From NCBI GenBank assembly GCA_002269645.1, contig NIVC01001141.1, positions 127,711-191,710 on the forward strand: a stretch of DNA of 64,000 bases. Reading direction: 5' to 3'. Below are positions 11,601 to 22,500 of the stretch, piece by piece. The notes beneath the pieces are model-generated. The model searched no databases. It saw only the letters and a program-made list of their open reading frames with translations, and was not told where the DNA came from. The position numbers were made by a program, and so were the translations under genes. This DNA is from Macrostomum lignano. Taxonomy: Eukaryota. Numbering within the stretch: the first letter of the stretch is position 1; every line of letters begins with the position of its first letter.

Positions 11601-12994
11601 ATCCCAAATAGGCTTAAATACCGGGATCAGTGGCTGGTAAAGATCCCAAATAGGCTCAAATACCGGGATCAGTGGCTGGTAAGGATCCCAAATAGGCTTA
11701 AATACCGGGATCAGTGGCTGGTGAGGATCCCAAATAGGCTCAAATACCGGGATCAGTGGCTGGTGAGGATCCCAAATAGGCTCAAATACCGGGATCAGTG
11801 GCTGGTAAGGATCCCAAATAGGCTCAAATACCGGGATCAGTGGCTGGTGAGGATCCCAAATAGGCTCCAATACCGGGATCAGTGGCTGGGAGAGGATCCC
11901 AAATAGAGTGCTCAAATACCGGGATCAGTGGCTGGTGCGGATCCCAAATAGGCTCAAATACCGGGATCGGTGGCTGATGAGGATTCTGAGTTGATCCGGG
12001 ACTGCTAAGTATGATTAAAAAGGTTGCTGGTGGAACAAAACGCTGAGCGCTCTCAACAGTCGAACCTGGGGAAGGTGACGAAGAACCAGCAGTTCTCATC
12101 GCCAGTGTCCAGGTAGTTCAGCACCTTGGTGGCCACCCGGTCCATGAGCTCCTCGATGAAGGGCGGGTTGACCGTCCATCCACCGTGGCACTTGGAGAAG
12201 TCCACCTTGAAGAAGCTGCCCATGCTGCCGAACTCCTCGTCAGTGTCGATGAAGAGGCTGCAGAAGCGAGAGTCCGCCTTGTCGATCATCTTGGAGTTCA
12301 GAGGAGACGCGAAGCCCTCGTACCGAACTCCCATGAGGTCATGCAGTGCATTGTGCACCGTGATGGGGTCGCCCCACTGCAGACTGCCGGTGCCCAGCGC
12401 CTCGTACCTGATCAGCATCCTGGTGGCTGGCAGCAGTCCGAAGTTGCGCACCAGGAACTTCACCCGCCAGCAGTGCTTGGACTTGAAGTCGCCCAGTGTC
12501 ACGTGAGCTGCATCTTCGCTGTCCTCAATCAGCTCTATGCGGAGGTCGCTTGTGTCTTCGTCCCTGCCATCGTCCTTCAGGAACTTGCGCAGTCGCTGCT
12601 CCAACTGACCAAAGATGGTCCTGGCGTTCTCCCTGTCCGAGCTGAACTTCTTCTCCACGCACTCGTCGATCAGCTTCTGGTTCACCGAGTCCTCCTCGCT
12701 CAGGCTTTGCGGAAACAGCGGGTAGCGCGAGTCCATGCTGCCATCGTAGTCCAGCTGGAAGGACAGCAGCCAGCGGTCCAGCATGTTCTGCGCCTCCGAA
12801 AGGTTCTTATCCGCTGTGTGGTACATCCTGCCGTCTCCCTTCAGGAAGACGTCCACCAAGGAGCGGGCGAAGCGCCACTGCCGCAGCTCCGTCAGGTGCT
12901 TCTCTGTGGGCTCGGCTGACTTGACGCTGGGCTCGGACTCATCAAGCAGTGGCTGGCGCTTTAGTTTGAGTTTGTCTCTGAGATCGGTGGCCAT
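5652..12994 (-). CDS. PCIF1/CAPAM-like N6-adenosine methyltransferase with three tandem catalytic units, about 1,269 aa; exons 12994-12066, 10124-8901, 7307-5652
   Basis: Each unit has the PCIF1-family motifs RYE..LQ, EGFASPLN, FCSLF.DTD..FGS.GSF and NPPF. Both introns are phase-2 GT-AG and join in frame (FPR^WDD). One apparent 1-nt deletion near 5927. No WW domain seen. Confidence 0.85.
8005..8830. repeat. Intronic minisatellite, 42-bp unit (GGATCCCAAATAGGCTCAAATACCGGGATCAGTGGCTGGTAA), intron 2 of the PCIF1-like gene
   Basis: Direct periodicity; the same unit recurs in intron 1. Confidence 0.95.
10822..11985. repeat. Intronic 42-bp minisatellite, intron 1 of the PCIF1-like gene, interrupted by a MITE
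   Basis: Same unit and flanks as 8005-8830, but with a different copy number. Confidence 0.95.
10967..11264. mobile_element. hAT-type MITE, 298 bp
   Basis: 14-bp TIRs CATACATGCGCAAC/GTTGCGCATGTATG and 8-bp TSD ATCCCAAA. A second copy lies at 24182-24480. Confidence 0.9.
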
Positions 12995-13617
12995 TTGCTT
13001 GAGACGATGATGTCAGAGTTTTATTCAGCTTTCTGACTCGCTTTTTAATTTAAAACGTAAAACAGAAAACAAATTATCTGCTAAATCCGGAAGCCTCAGT
13101 TTTCATTTTTCGTTTTCATTCTTGTCGTTGCTTGCCTTCTTCCTTTAATAGGTTCAATGTACAAGCCAGGCCCTACCCTCAGCCCTGTCAGCCTCTCACT
13201 GCTGGCCCGCGGGGAGAGAAATGAAGCCCAATGCCTCGACTCTTTTTAGAAACCCCCTTGCCCGTGCACAAATGTACACTCTGCCCTGCGTCAATGTACA
13301 TTATTTTCCCTGTCCCCCGCCTTCCCAGCGCTAAATGACTGTACACACAGAAAGAACGCCTCTCTCCACAGCCTGACTCGCTAGACAAAGCCTTAGAAGT
13401 AAAGCCAACTAACCTTACATTCAGCAGGGGCCTGTCTTCTGCTCAAGAACTACTAATACTGAATACTCGTATATACAAATACAAGCTATAGTAGGGCTCC
13501 AACCAACTAAAGAGAAGTTTCTATCTATCGAGTTAAAGCAAAATATAAATATTTAAAATCTAAAGCAAAATCAAATAATAAATATTTCACTTTGCGGCTT
13601 CTAATCCAACCAAAAGT

Positions 13618-13662
13618 CAAGGACTACTTAAGTATATATATGCGTTACTTTAGTCATCCTTG
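13618..13662. mobile_element. 45-bp hAT-like mini element
   Basis: Same termini as 1691-1723 (CAAGGACTACTTAAG...TTACTTTAGTCATCCTTG), with 8-bp direct repeat CCAAAAGT. Confidence 0.75.
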
Positions 13663-13787
13663 CCAAAAGTACTTCAGATTTAATAAATGAGTTTGTTTGC
13701 GAAACATTCTAGTGCCTTTATGATCGAACGGTGCAAGTTTCATGAAAATCTTTTGAGCCTTTTAAAAAATAAGTTTAGTACATGCAC

Positions 13788-14394
13788 TTGGGAGCCAGTC
13801 CACTGAAGCACTGGGGAGCCAGTCCACTGAAGCACTGGGGAGCCAGTCCACTGAAGCACTGGGGAGCCAGTCCACTGAAGCACTGGGGAGCCAGTCCACT
13901 GAAGCACTGGGGAGCCAGTCCACTGAAGCACTGGGGAGCCAGTCCACTGAAGCACTGGGGAGCCAGTCCACTGAAGCACTGGGGAGCCAGTCCACTGAAG
14001 CACTGGGGAGCCAGTCCACTGAAGCACTGGGGAGCCAGTCCACTGAAGCACTGGGGAGCCAGTCCACTGAAGCACTGGGGAGCCAGTCCACTGAAGCACT
14101 GGGGAGCCAGTCCACTGAAGCACTGGGGAGCCAGTCCACTGAAGCACTGGGGAGCCAGTCCACTGAAGCACTGGGGAGCCAGTCCACTGAAGCACTGGGG
14201 AGCCAGTCCACTGAAGCACTGGGGAGCCAGTCCACTGAAGCACTGGGGAGCCAGTCCACTGAAGCACTGGGGAGCCAGTCCACTGAAGCACTGGGGAGCC
14301 AGTCCACTGAAGCACTGGGGAGCCAGTCCACTGAAGCACTGGGGAGCCAGTCCACTGAAGCACTGGGGAGCCAGTCCACTGAAGCACTGGGGAG
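13788..14394. repeat. Highly homogeneous 24-bp minisatellite (GGGAGCCAGTCCACTGAAGCACTG), about 25 copies
   Basis: Units appear identical by eye, with no spacers. Confidence 0.95.
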
Positions 14395-15221
14395 ACGGCC
14401 CCTCTGAAGTCCCGGAATCCAGCCCACCGAAGTCCATTGTGAAGCAATGATAACTATCTGGAGTTTAAGATTCCTCTCAGTGCCATGTTAAAATATCTGG
14501 GCCAGTTCTACAAAGCCATCGTAACATAAGATTGTTCTTATTTCCGCAGTGTAAAAGTTCCGACGAACGATCGAACTTACGCTACGACAGCTTTATAGTG
14601 GACCCCTCCGAGTGTAGAGTGAATGAGTTAAGAGAAGTCGCCGCTCGCTAGAGGTGCTACATTTGACTCTTCCATGTGCATATTCGTAGCTGTAATTGCA
14701 TTATGTGACCGCATAATGTCTGCCTGTTGGGTTCTAATAAGTTCACAAAGTACCTGCCAAAAAGCGCAGCAAAAACCACATAAACCCAGCAACGAGAACG
14801 CATTCCATTAATTATTGGCTCAGGTATGATTGTCCAGGAAGCCACACTAGATATTCTGTCAAGTAGTAAAGCTGATCAGTTGCAGAGCTCTCACAGAGGC
14901 GCCAGCAACTCCGAGTTTATTTCGATATGATTAATAATTAATGCACAGTTACAGCCATACAATTCATTTTTACTAGCTGAAAATGCCGAATAAAGCAGAG
15001 CAAAGCGAAGGAATCTGGGAGAAGCAGGTCAGCGCCAAAGGCATGCACCTGCCTATAACTAACTATAAGAACAAGCGGTGCAAATATCAGCCCCAGTTAT
15101 ACATTGTGGGCCGTCACAGGTAAACCAAAATCGTCAACCGAATGCAGCCGGTAAGACAAAAACATACAATTGCTGAACAGACGCAATAAAGGAGGATCAG
15201 CACCGGTCAGACAGCAGCCAG

Positions 15222-16811
15222 TCAGTTGCCATGCTGGGCGAAGAACTCCCTGGCCGCGGCGCACCTGGGATTTGTGCACAGCGGGCAGCGCAGCTGGAAC
15301 TGCGAGCTGACGGTGCAGCCCTCGGCCAGGTGCTGCAGCACCAGGTCGGCCAGCGCAGACACGAAGGTCGGACTGTCGTTGAGAGCCTCGGAGCGGAGGA
15401 CGCGGGCGCCGAGGTCGCCGGCCAGTTTGCCTGCGTATTCGACGTCCAGCTCGTACAGCGTCTCGATGTGGTCGCTGGTGAAGGCGATGGGCACCAGAAC
15501 CAGCTGGTCGCGGCCGCGCTTCACCAGGCCGCGGATGGCCTCCTCCGTGCTGGGGCCCAGCCAGGGCAGCGGACCCACCTTGGACTGCCAGACCAGCCGG
15601 TACGGCACGCTGCCGGGGCCCAGCGCCTGCGCCACCATATGGGCGGTGACGGCCACCTCAGCCGGGTACGGGTCGCCCCGGTTCACCACCGACATGGGCA
15701 GCGAGTGGGCGGAGATCAGCAGCGCGCAGCGGGCCCGTTCCTCCGGCCCCAGCCTATCCAGCTCTGGCCGAACCCGCTCGGCCACGGCGGCCACGAAGCC
15801 AGCGTGCGCCGGCCAGCGGTCGATGAGCGACCAGCGCTGAATGCTGCTGGCCCCGCTGCGCTTGCGGTAGTACGCGGCCAGCGCGTTGAAGGAGCTGCCG
15901 CTGGTGCTGCAGGAGTACTGCGGGTACTGTGAGAAGGCGATCGCGTGCTGCACGCCGTCCCGCTCCATCGCCTCCACGGCGTCCTCCAGCAGCGGCCGGG
16001 CGTAGCGGAAGCCAACGTAGTGGCGATGCGGCGCCGATCCCGGGCTCAGCCGGTCCAGCTGAGCCGTCATGGCGCGGCCCTGCGGGTTTGGGGATAATTC
16101 TCCCATGGTCAGCTTTCATGGCTGGTCAGCTCCTACGAAGTCTGACATGCTGGAAAGTTATTTACGATACATATCGGCACCCGAACAGTGATATATAAGA
16201 GAGATCGCTTACTGAAGAGAAGCAAGGAAACAATTTGAAGCGAATCTCTTATAGGGTGTGCAAAAGGTTGCGCACTGATGGATAAACAGAAATTTGACGC
16301 GTGTGTCTTTGAGCTGGCAAAGAGAACTCAGACACTGGTCCTGGCCAATCGTGAGTCCGAGTCTCGCACTTGGACACATGCAGAAGCTCATATGTGGAAT
16401 GCCAAGCCAGTATCGCTAGAAAATTTGCATCCACTCACCGAATACTAAGATTGAAGCTAAACAAAAGCTAAAACTGTCCCCTGAGCGGGGACTCACCTGA
16501 GCCTCAGTCCACTTGAGGATTGGGCTGCCGCCGCCAATGCGGTAGTACTGCTCCCTGATGGCCGGGGTGCGCCTCCTGGCGATGTACTTAGACAGCCGAG
16601 ACTGTGCGGGCAGCGGGATCAAGTCCCCGTCACTGAACAGGCGGTGCAGAAAGTCGCCAACATCGTCCAGTGTCTCCGGCCCGCCCATGTTCAGCATGAG
16701 GATGCCGGTCTTGGGAGGCTGCGCGCCGCCGCTGGTGGAGCTGAGAAGACGGCGGCCAGAGGCGGTCAGACGGGCCAGCCGCCCAGAGGACAGCAGCGGC
16801 AGCAGCGGCAT
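15222..16811 (-). CDS. FECH: Ferrochelatase, mitochondrial, about 390 aa; exons 16811-16497 and 16079-15222
   Basis: Motifs [60 protein letters not shown] and [13 protein letters not shown]. Phase-0 GT-AG intron; Arg/Ser-rich transit-like N-terminus. Confidence 0.97.
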
Positions 16812-17077
16812 AGGAAGAGGCTGCGGAGCGATCGAACAGACTACTGCTAGTAGGGAGTAAAAGTTATTGAAGTTAAATTCTAAGAACAAAAAGCAGAAAA
16901 TTAACAAGAACAAAAAATAAAAAGCGAAACAACAGAAAATTGTTCTAGCAGCAAAGGTCTGCACGCAGAAAATGCAGTGTAGGGTGCATTTTATTGGTAG
17001 AACAAGCTAGCAATCAATGATAACACATTAGGCTGCAAAGTAACTGGGCTGTTGCCAGTGAAGCTACAAATTAAAAG

Positions 17078-18546
17078 TCAAAACTCGGCAGCCAGCAGCC
17101 GCAGCTTCTTCAGCAGCCGCCTGTCCGGGACGCGGCCGGGCAGCGAGTCCGCGTCCACCCACTTCCAGCTGCCCGAGGCCTCTGCGCTGCGCCAGTCGGC
17201 ACCGGTGAAGATGGCCCGGTGCAGGAACAGGGAAACTGGGGATTTCTTGTACTTGTACGTGTGCAGGCCGACTGGCGCGTTGCCTAGCAACCGGCAGCTG
17301 GCGGTCAGCCCCATCAGCTCCAGTAGGCGGTCGCAGGCGGCTCGAAGGCTGGCGTCGCCGTCAACAACTGGGCAGCAGGGGAGGCAGAGGTCAGCATCCG
17401 TGCTGAGCAGCACGGCTGGCCGCTTCAGGCTGGGGTCGGCGGCCTCCCTGTGGTGGAGAGAATGCGGAGTAGCTACTGTGAGTAGTGAGAGCGGACTGCA
17501 GCTGACCTAGCTGTGCAAACAGCTACTGTGAGTAGTGAGAGCGGACTGCAGCTGACCTAGCTGTGCAAACAGCTACTGTGAGTAGTGAGAGCGGACTGCA
17601 GCTGACCTAGCTGTGCAAACAGCTACTGTGAGTAGTGAGAGCGGACTGCAGCTGACCTAGCTGTGCAAACAGCTACTGTGAGTAGTGAGAGCGGACTGCA
17701 GCTGACCTAGCTGTGCAAACAGCTACTGTGAGTAGTGAGAGCGGACTGCAGCTGACCTAGCTGTGCAAACAGCTACTGTGAGTAGTGAGAGCGGACTGCA
17801 GCTGACCTAGCTGTGCAAACAGCTACTGTGAGTAGTGAGAGCGGACTGCAGCTGACCTAGCTGTGCAAACAGCTACTGTGAGTAGTGAGAGCGGACTGCA
17901 GCTGACCTAGCTGTGCAAACAGCTACTGTGAGTAGTGAGAGCGGACTGCAGCTGACCTAGCTGTGCAAACAGCTACTGTGAGTAGTGAGAGCGGACTGCA
18001 GCTGACCTAGCTGTGCAAACAGCTACTGTGAGTAGTGAGAGCGGACTGCAGCTGACCTAGCTGTGCAAACAGCTACTGTGAGTAGTGAGAGCGGACTGCA
18101 ACTGACCTAGCTGTGCAAACAGCTACTGTGAGTAGCGAGAGTGGCTATGCAATACAATTAAAGCATTAAGTGAAACCGACAGCACACCTGGAGGCCAGAG
18201 TGACTGCCTGTTGCTCAGCAGCCCACCGCTGCATCAGGTCCTTGGCGGTAATTACGGCGCCGTCCCTGGCCACCTGGACTTTGCCCTCCGCGGCTGCGCT
18301 GAGGCTCCGCTTGGCTGCCTCCGACTCGGCGCGGTCGCGCAGCTCAAAGTCGGACAGGCGGCTGCGCTCAAAGTCCAGCCGGGTGAAGAGGTCCGAGGCT
18401 CGAGTCTCCAGTTCAGTGAGGTCAGGCGTGAGCACAGCTTTGCGCTGGATGAGCAGGCCAACGCTGAGCAGCCGGCCAGACCGGGTGAGGCCCGGAGTGG
18501 CGGCTGAGCCCGATCGCCACAGGGCAGCCACAGCGGCTGATGTAGC
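17078..18546 (-). CDS. MRPL46: Mitochondrial ribosomal protein L46 (mL46); exons 18546-18188 and 17447-17078; no genomic ATG found
   Basis: GLLIQRKAVLTPDLTELE, FERSRLSDFELR, AKDLMQRW and LLGNAPVGLHTYKY match the mL46 pattern as I recall it. The phase-2 intron joins in frame. Confidence 0.85.
17471..18135. repeat. 50-bp minisatellite, 13 near-identical copies, filling the MRPL46 intron
   Basis: Exact 50-bp period. Confidence 0.95.
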
Positions 18547-18581
18547 CTGCGGATGGCGGGGGACTGGGATGCAGATCCTGG

Positions 18582-18790
18582 GTGCTGATCCCACTATAGG
18601 GTGCTGATCCCACTATGGGATGCTGATCCCACTATGAGGTGCTGATCCCACTATGAGGTGCTGATCCCACTATGAGGTGCTGATCCCACTATGAGGTGCT
18701 GATCCCACTATGGGATGCTGATCCCACTATGAGGTGCTGATCCCACTATGGGGTGCTGATCCCACTATGGGGTGCTGATCCCACTATGGG
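18582..18790. repeat. 19-bp minisatellite (GGTGCTGATCCCACTATGA) upstream of the MRPL46 acceptor
   Basis: Direct periodicity. Confidence 0.9.
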
Positions 18791-19503
18791 TTGTTGCTCG
18801 CACAGAAGTGCCAGATCCTACTTAGACTGCACAGTCAATGGATAACGCGGTGCCCAAGGTTTTATACCAAAACAGAAGTAACTCAGAGCTGAGGAAGCAA
18901 GCTGAACCCGAGCTAAAAACCACCTGCCGCACCAAAATGATTTACAAGGCAGCGGCAAAAAACAGCCCAGTGAGTTTCGAATCGCGAGGAAAAATAACAA
19001 GACAGCGATCGGACAGTTTATTTGATTAGATTGAGTACAGATAGCAGTGCCAGTTGCAGCAGTCGGACCGCAAAGTCAACCAGCCTCAACACAGAAGTCC
19101 CAATAGGTCCCAGCACAGCGTGCAATTGTCAATGCAGTGCGAGCCCGCTGCATCAGTGGGCGCGCTGGGCAACAACTGCAGCACAGGGCTGCGCAGGGCA
19201 CAAGCAAAGGTCCGCGGGACTCGCTTGAGAAAAATTGTCACAATTAGAAAGAGAAAAACGGCTGCTTCAAACAAATAATGAATCAGAATTAGATCGGACA
19301 ATAAAGCTGCTCAATAAGTGCGGGCTCATTGATTCTAGTGAAACTTGCTAAACACTAACAGTCAAAGCTTGCATATCTAATCTGAAATAGTTAAGTACTT
19401 AGCATGCAGCGCAGAGTAGCAAGGTACCTATTAGACAAATTTCTGCTTCAATAAAAAGTTCCAGAGTTTGCAGACGAGACTCCAGATGAGCTGCGCCGGT
19501 GCC

Positions 19504-22500
19504 TCACACAGCACCCTCAGCCTTGCCCTGGTGCAGGCTCACGTAGTAGTCGTGAAAGTACATGATGATGGCGAGAGGCTGTCCGATGATGAGGCTGAGC
19601 CACACCGCCATGTTGCCGAGCTGACCGCCTCGGAGAACCCGACTGACGAACATGGCGAACGGAACCTGCGGGTGGGGAGTGACCTGCTCAGCTGCCCATC
19701 TGCAGGAGTGACCTGCTCAGCTGCCCATCTGCAGGAGTGACCTGCTCAGCTGCCCATCTGCAGGAGTGACCAGCAGTGGGATCGGTGGGACTAGTACACT
19801 GGGACCAGCACACTGGGATCAGAACTGAGATCAGTAGGACCAGCACACTGGGACCAGCACACTGGGACCAGCACACTGGGACCAGCACACTGGGACCAGC
19901 ACACTGGGACCAGCACACTGGGACCAGCACACTGGGACCAGCACACTGGGACCAGCACACTGGGACCAGCACACTGGGACCAGCACACTGGGACCAGCAC
20001 ACTGGGACCAGCACACTGGGACCAGCACACTGGGACCAGCACACTGGGACCAGCACACTTGGACCAATACAGGGATCAGTGGGACTTGTACACTGGGACC
20101 AGCAGTGGGATCGGTGGGACTAGTACACTGGGACCAGCACAGGAATCAGTGAGACTAGTACACTGGGACCAGCGGTGGGATCGGTGGGACCAGCACATTG
20201 GGACCAGCACAGGGATCAGCCCTGTCCCGCGCACCTGCATAATCATGGCCAGGAAAGCCCAGAGCCGGAACATGCGCAGCGGCACGGATACCAGCAGCTC
20301 GTGGAAGAAGGCGGACACGGCGAAGACCACAACAGAGGCCAGCAGCTTGTTGAAGCCCCAGCGGTGGATCAGCGGAGTGAAGATGTGCCGCTTGGCAAAG
20401 CGGTGAACGGGCACATTCCAGAGCGTCCAGAACTCGGTGACGCTCTCGCTGTTCCACCAGTCCTTGTAGAAGTTGCGGTCGCCAAACAGCGTCAGCTCCC
20501 CGGCCACGTTCAGCGCGGAGTGGAAGAACACGTAGAAGAAGATCAGCCAGATGAGGTGGTTGGGGATGGCCAGCTTCAGCAGCCGCTCCAGCACCACCGG
20601 CCATTCCGAGGCCTGCAGCGGCTTCACGGAGTTGTTCAGGATCGGAATGATCCACTGCTGCGTCAGGCCCGCCATCACCTGCGGATGCGAGGCGTAGCTG
20701 GCCTGCTGACACTGCGTGACTGGCATCTGATCTGACTGCATAGCTGTGCCTGACTCATCTGATCTGACTGCATAGCTGTGCCTGACTCATCTGATCTGAC
20801 ACTGCATAGCTGTGCCTGACTCATCTGATCTGACTGCATAGCTGTGCCTGACTCATCTGATCTGACTGCATAGCTGTGCCTGACTCATCTGATCTGACAC
20901 TGCATAGCTGTGCCTGACTCATCTGATCTGACACTGCATAGCTGTGCCTGATTCATCTGATCTGACACTGCATAGCTGTGCCTGACTCATCTGATCTGAC
21001 ACTGCATAGCTGTGCCTGACTCATCTGATCTGACACTGCATAGCTGTGCCTGACTCATCTGATCTGACACTGCATAGCTGTGCCTGACTCATCTGATTTA
21101 ATCTGACACTACGAAAGCGACTGCACAATTGTGCCTGACTTGACTGACACTGAGTGACACCGACTCATTTGATCTGACATTGCGCGACTGAGTGACTTAT
21201 GTGGTCTGACACTGCATTGCTGACACCTGCTGCCCGGCTTACCTGCGGCAGGAACACGAGTTCCAGACATCGCTTGACCAAGAATCGCTTCCGAATTCGC
21301 ATCAGCCTGGGAAAGTTGAGCTCATAGCAGAGAGTCGGCGTCATCATGAAGTAGTACAGGTTGCCCAGAGTCAGGTTCTCCGGGTAGCACAGCAGGGAGG
21401 ACCGGCTGGAGGACCCCCTGGCCAGCCGCAGCCGCTCGCTGCCGCCGTCCCCGTCGGCCCCAGCCTCCGTGAGCACGGAGGCGATGCTCTTGTTCCGCTT
21501 GAGCTCTGAGCGCTTGTTGAGCTGCAGTTGGCGCTCCAGACGGCACCAGGAGTTCATGTCCCGGTAGGACCACAGCTTCAGGAACACGATGGAGTAAATG
21601 CCCAGGGTTGGCGCGCTGAAGACTGCAAAGAGGGAGGCGAACACGTCTATGACCCCCAGAGCACAGGGCAGGTCTAATACCCCCAGAGCACAAGGCAGGT
21701 CTAATACCCCCAGAGCACAGGGCAGGTCTAATACCCCCAGAGCACAAGGCAGGTCTAATACCCCCAGAGCACAAGGCAGGTCTAATACCCCCAGAGCACA
21801 AAGCAGGTCTAATACCCCCAGAGCACAAGGCAGGTCTAATACCCCCAGAGCACAAGGCAGGTCTAATACCCCCAAAGCACAAGGCAGGTCTAATACCCCC
21901 AGAGCACAAGGCAGGTCTAATACCCCCAGAGCACAAGGCAGGTCTAATACCCCCAGAGCACAAGGCAGGTCTAATACCCCCAGAGCACAAGGCAGGTCTA
22001 ATACCCCCAGAGCACAAGGCAGGTCTAATACCCCCACAGCACAAGGCAGGTCTAATACCCCCAGAGCACAAGGCAGGTCTAATACCCCCAAAGCACAAGG
22101 CAGGTCTAATACCCCCAGAGCACAAGGCAGGTCTAATACCCCCAGAGCACAAGGCAGGTCTAATACCCCCAAAGCACAAGGCAGGTCTAATACCCCCAGA
22201 GCACAAGGCAGGTCTAATACCCCCAGAGCACAAGGCAGGTCTAATACCCCCAGAGCACAAGGCAGTCTAATACCCCCAGAGCACAAGGCAGGTCTAATAC
22301 CCCCAGAGCACAAGGCAGGTCTAAGACCCCACTGCACAAGGCAGATCTAATACCCCAGATCTCAAGGCAGGACTAATACCCCCACAGCACAAGGCAGGTC
22401 TAAGACCCCACTGCACAAGGCAGGTCTAATACCCCAGATCTCAAGGCAGGACTAATACCCCCACAGCACAAGGCAAGTCTAATACCCCACTGCACAGGGC

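Noticed and set aside
6191-12919. Plus-strand ORFs of 244-314 aa antisense to the methyltransferase exons
   Set aside because: Typical shadow ORFs of GC3-rich coding sequence, with no recognisable motifs.
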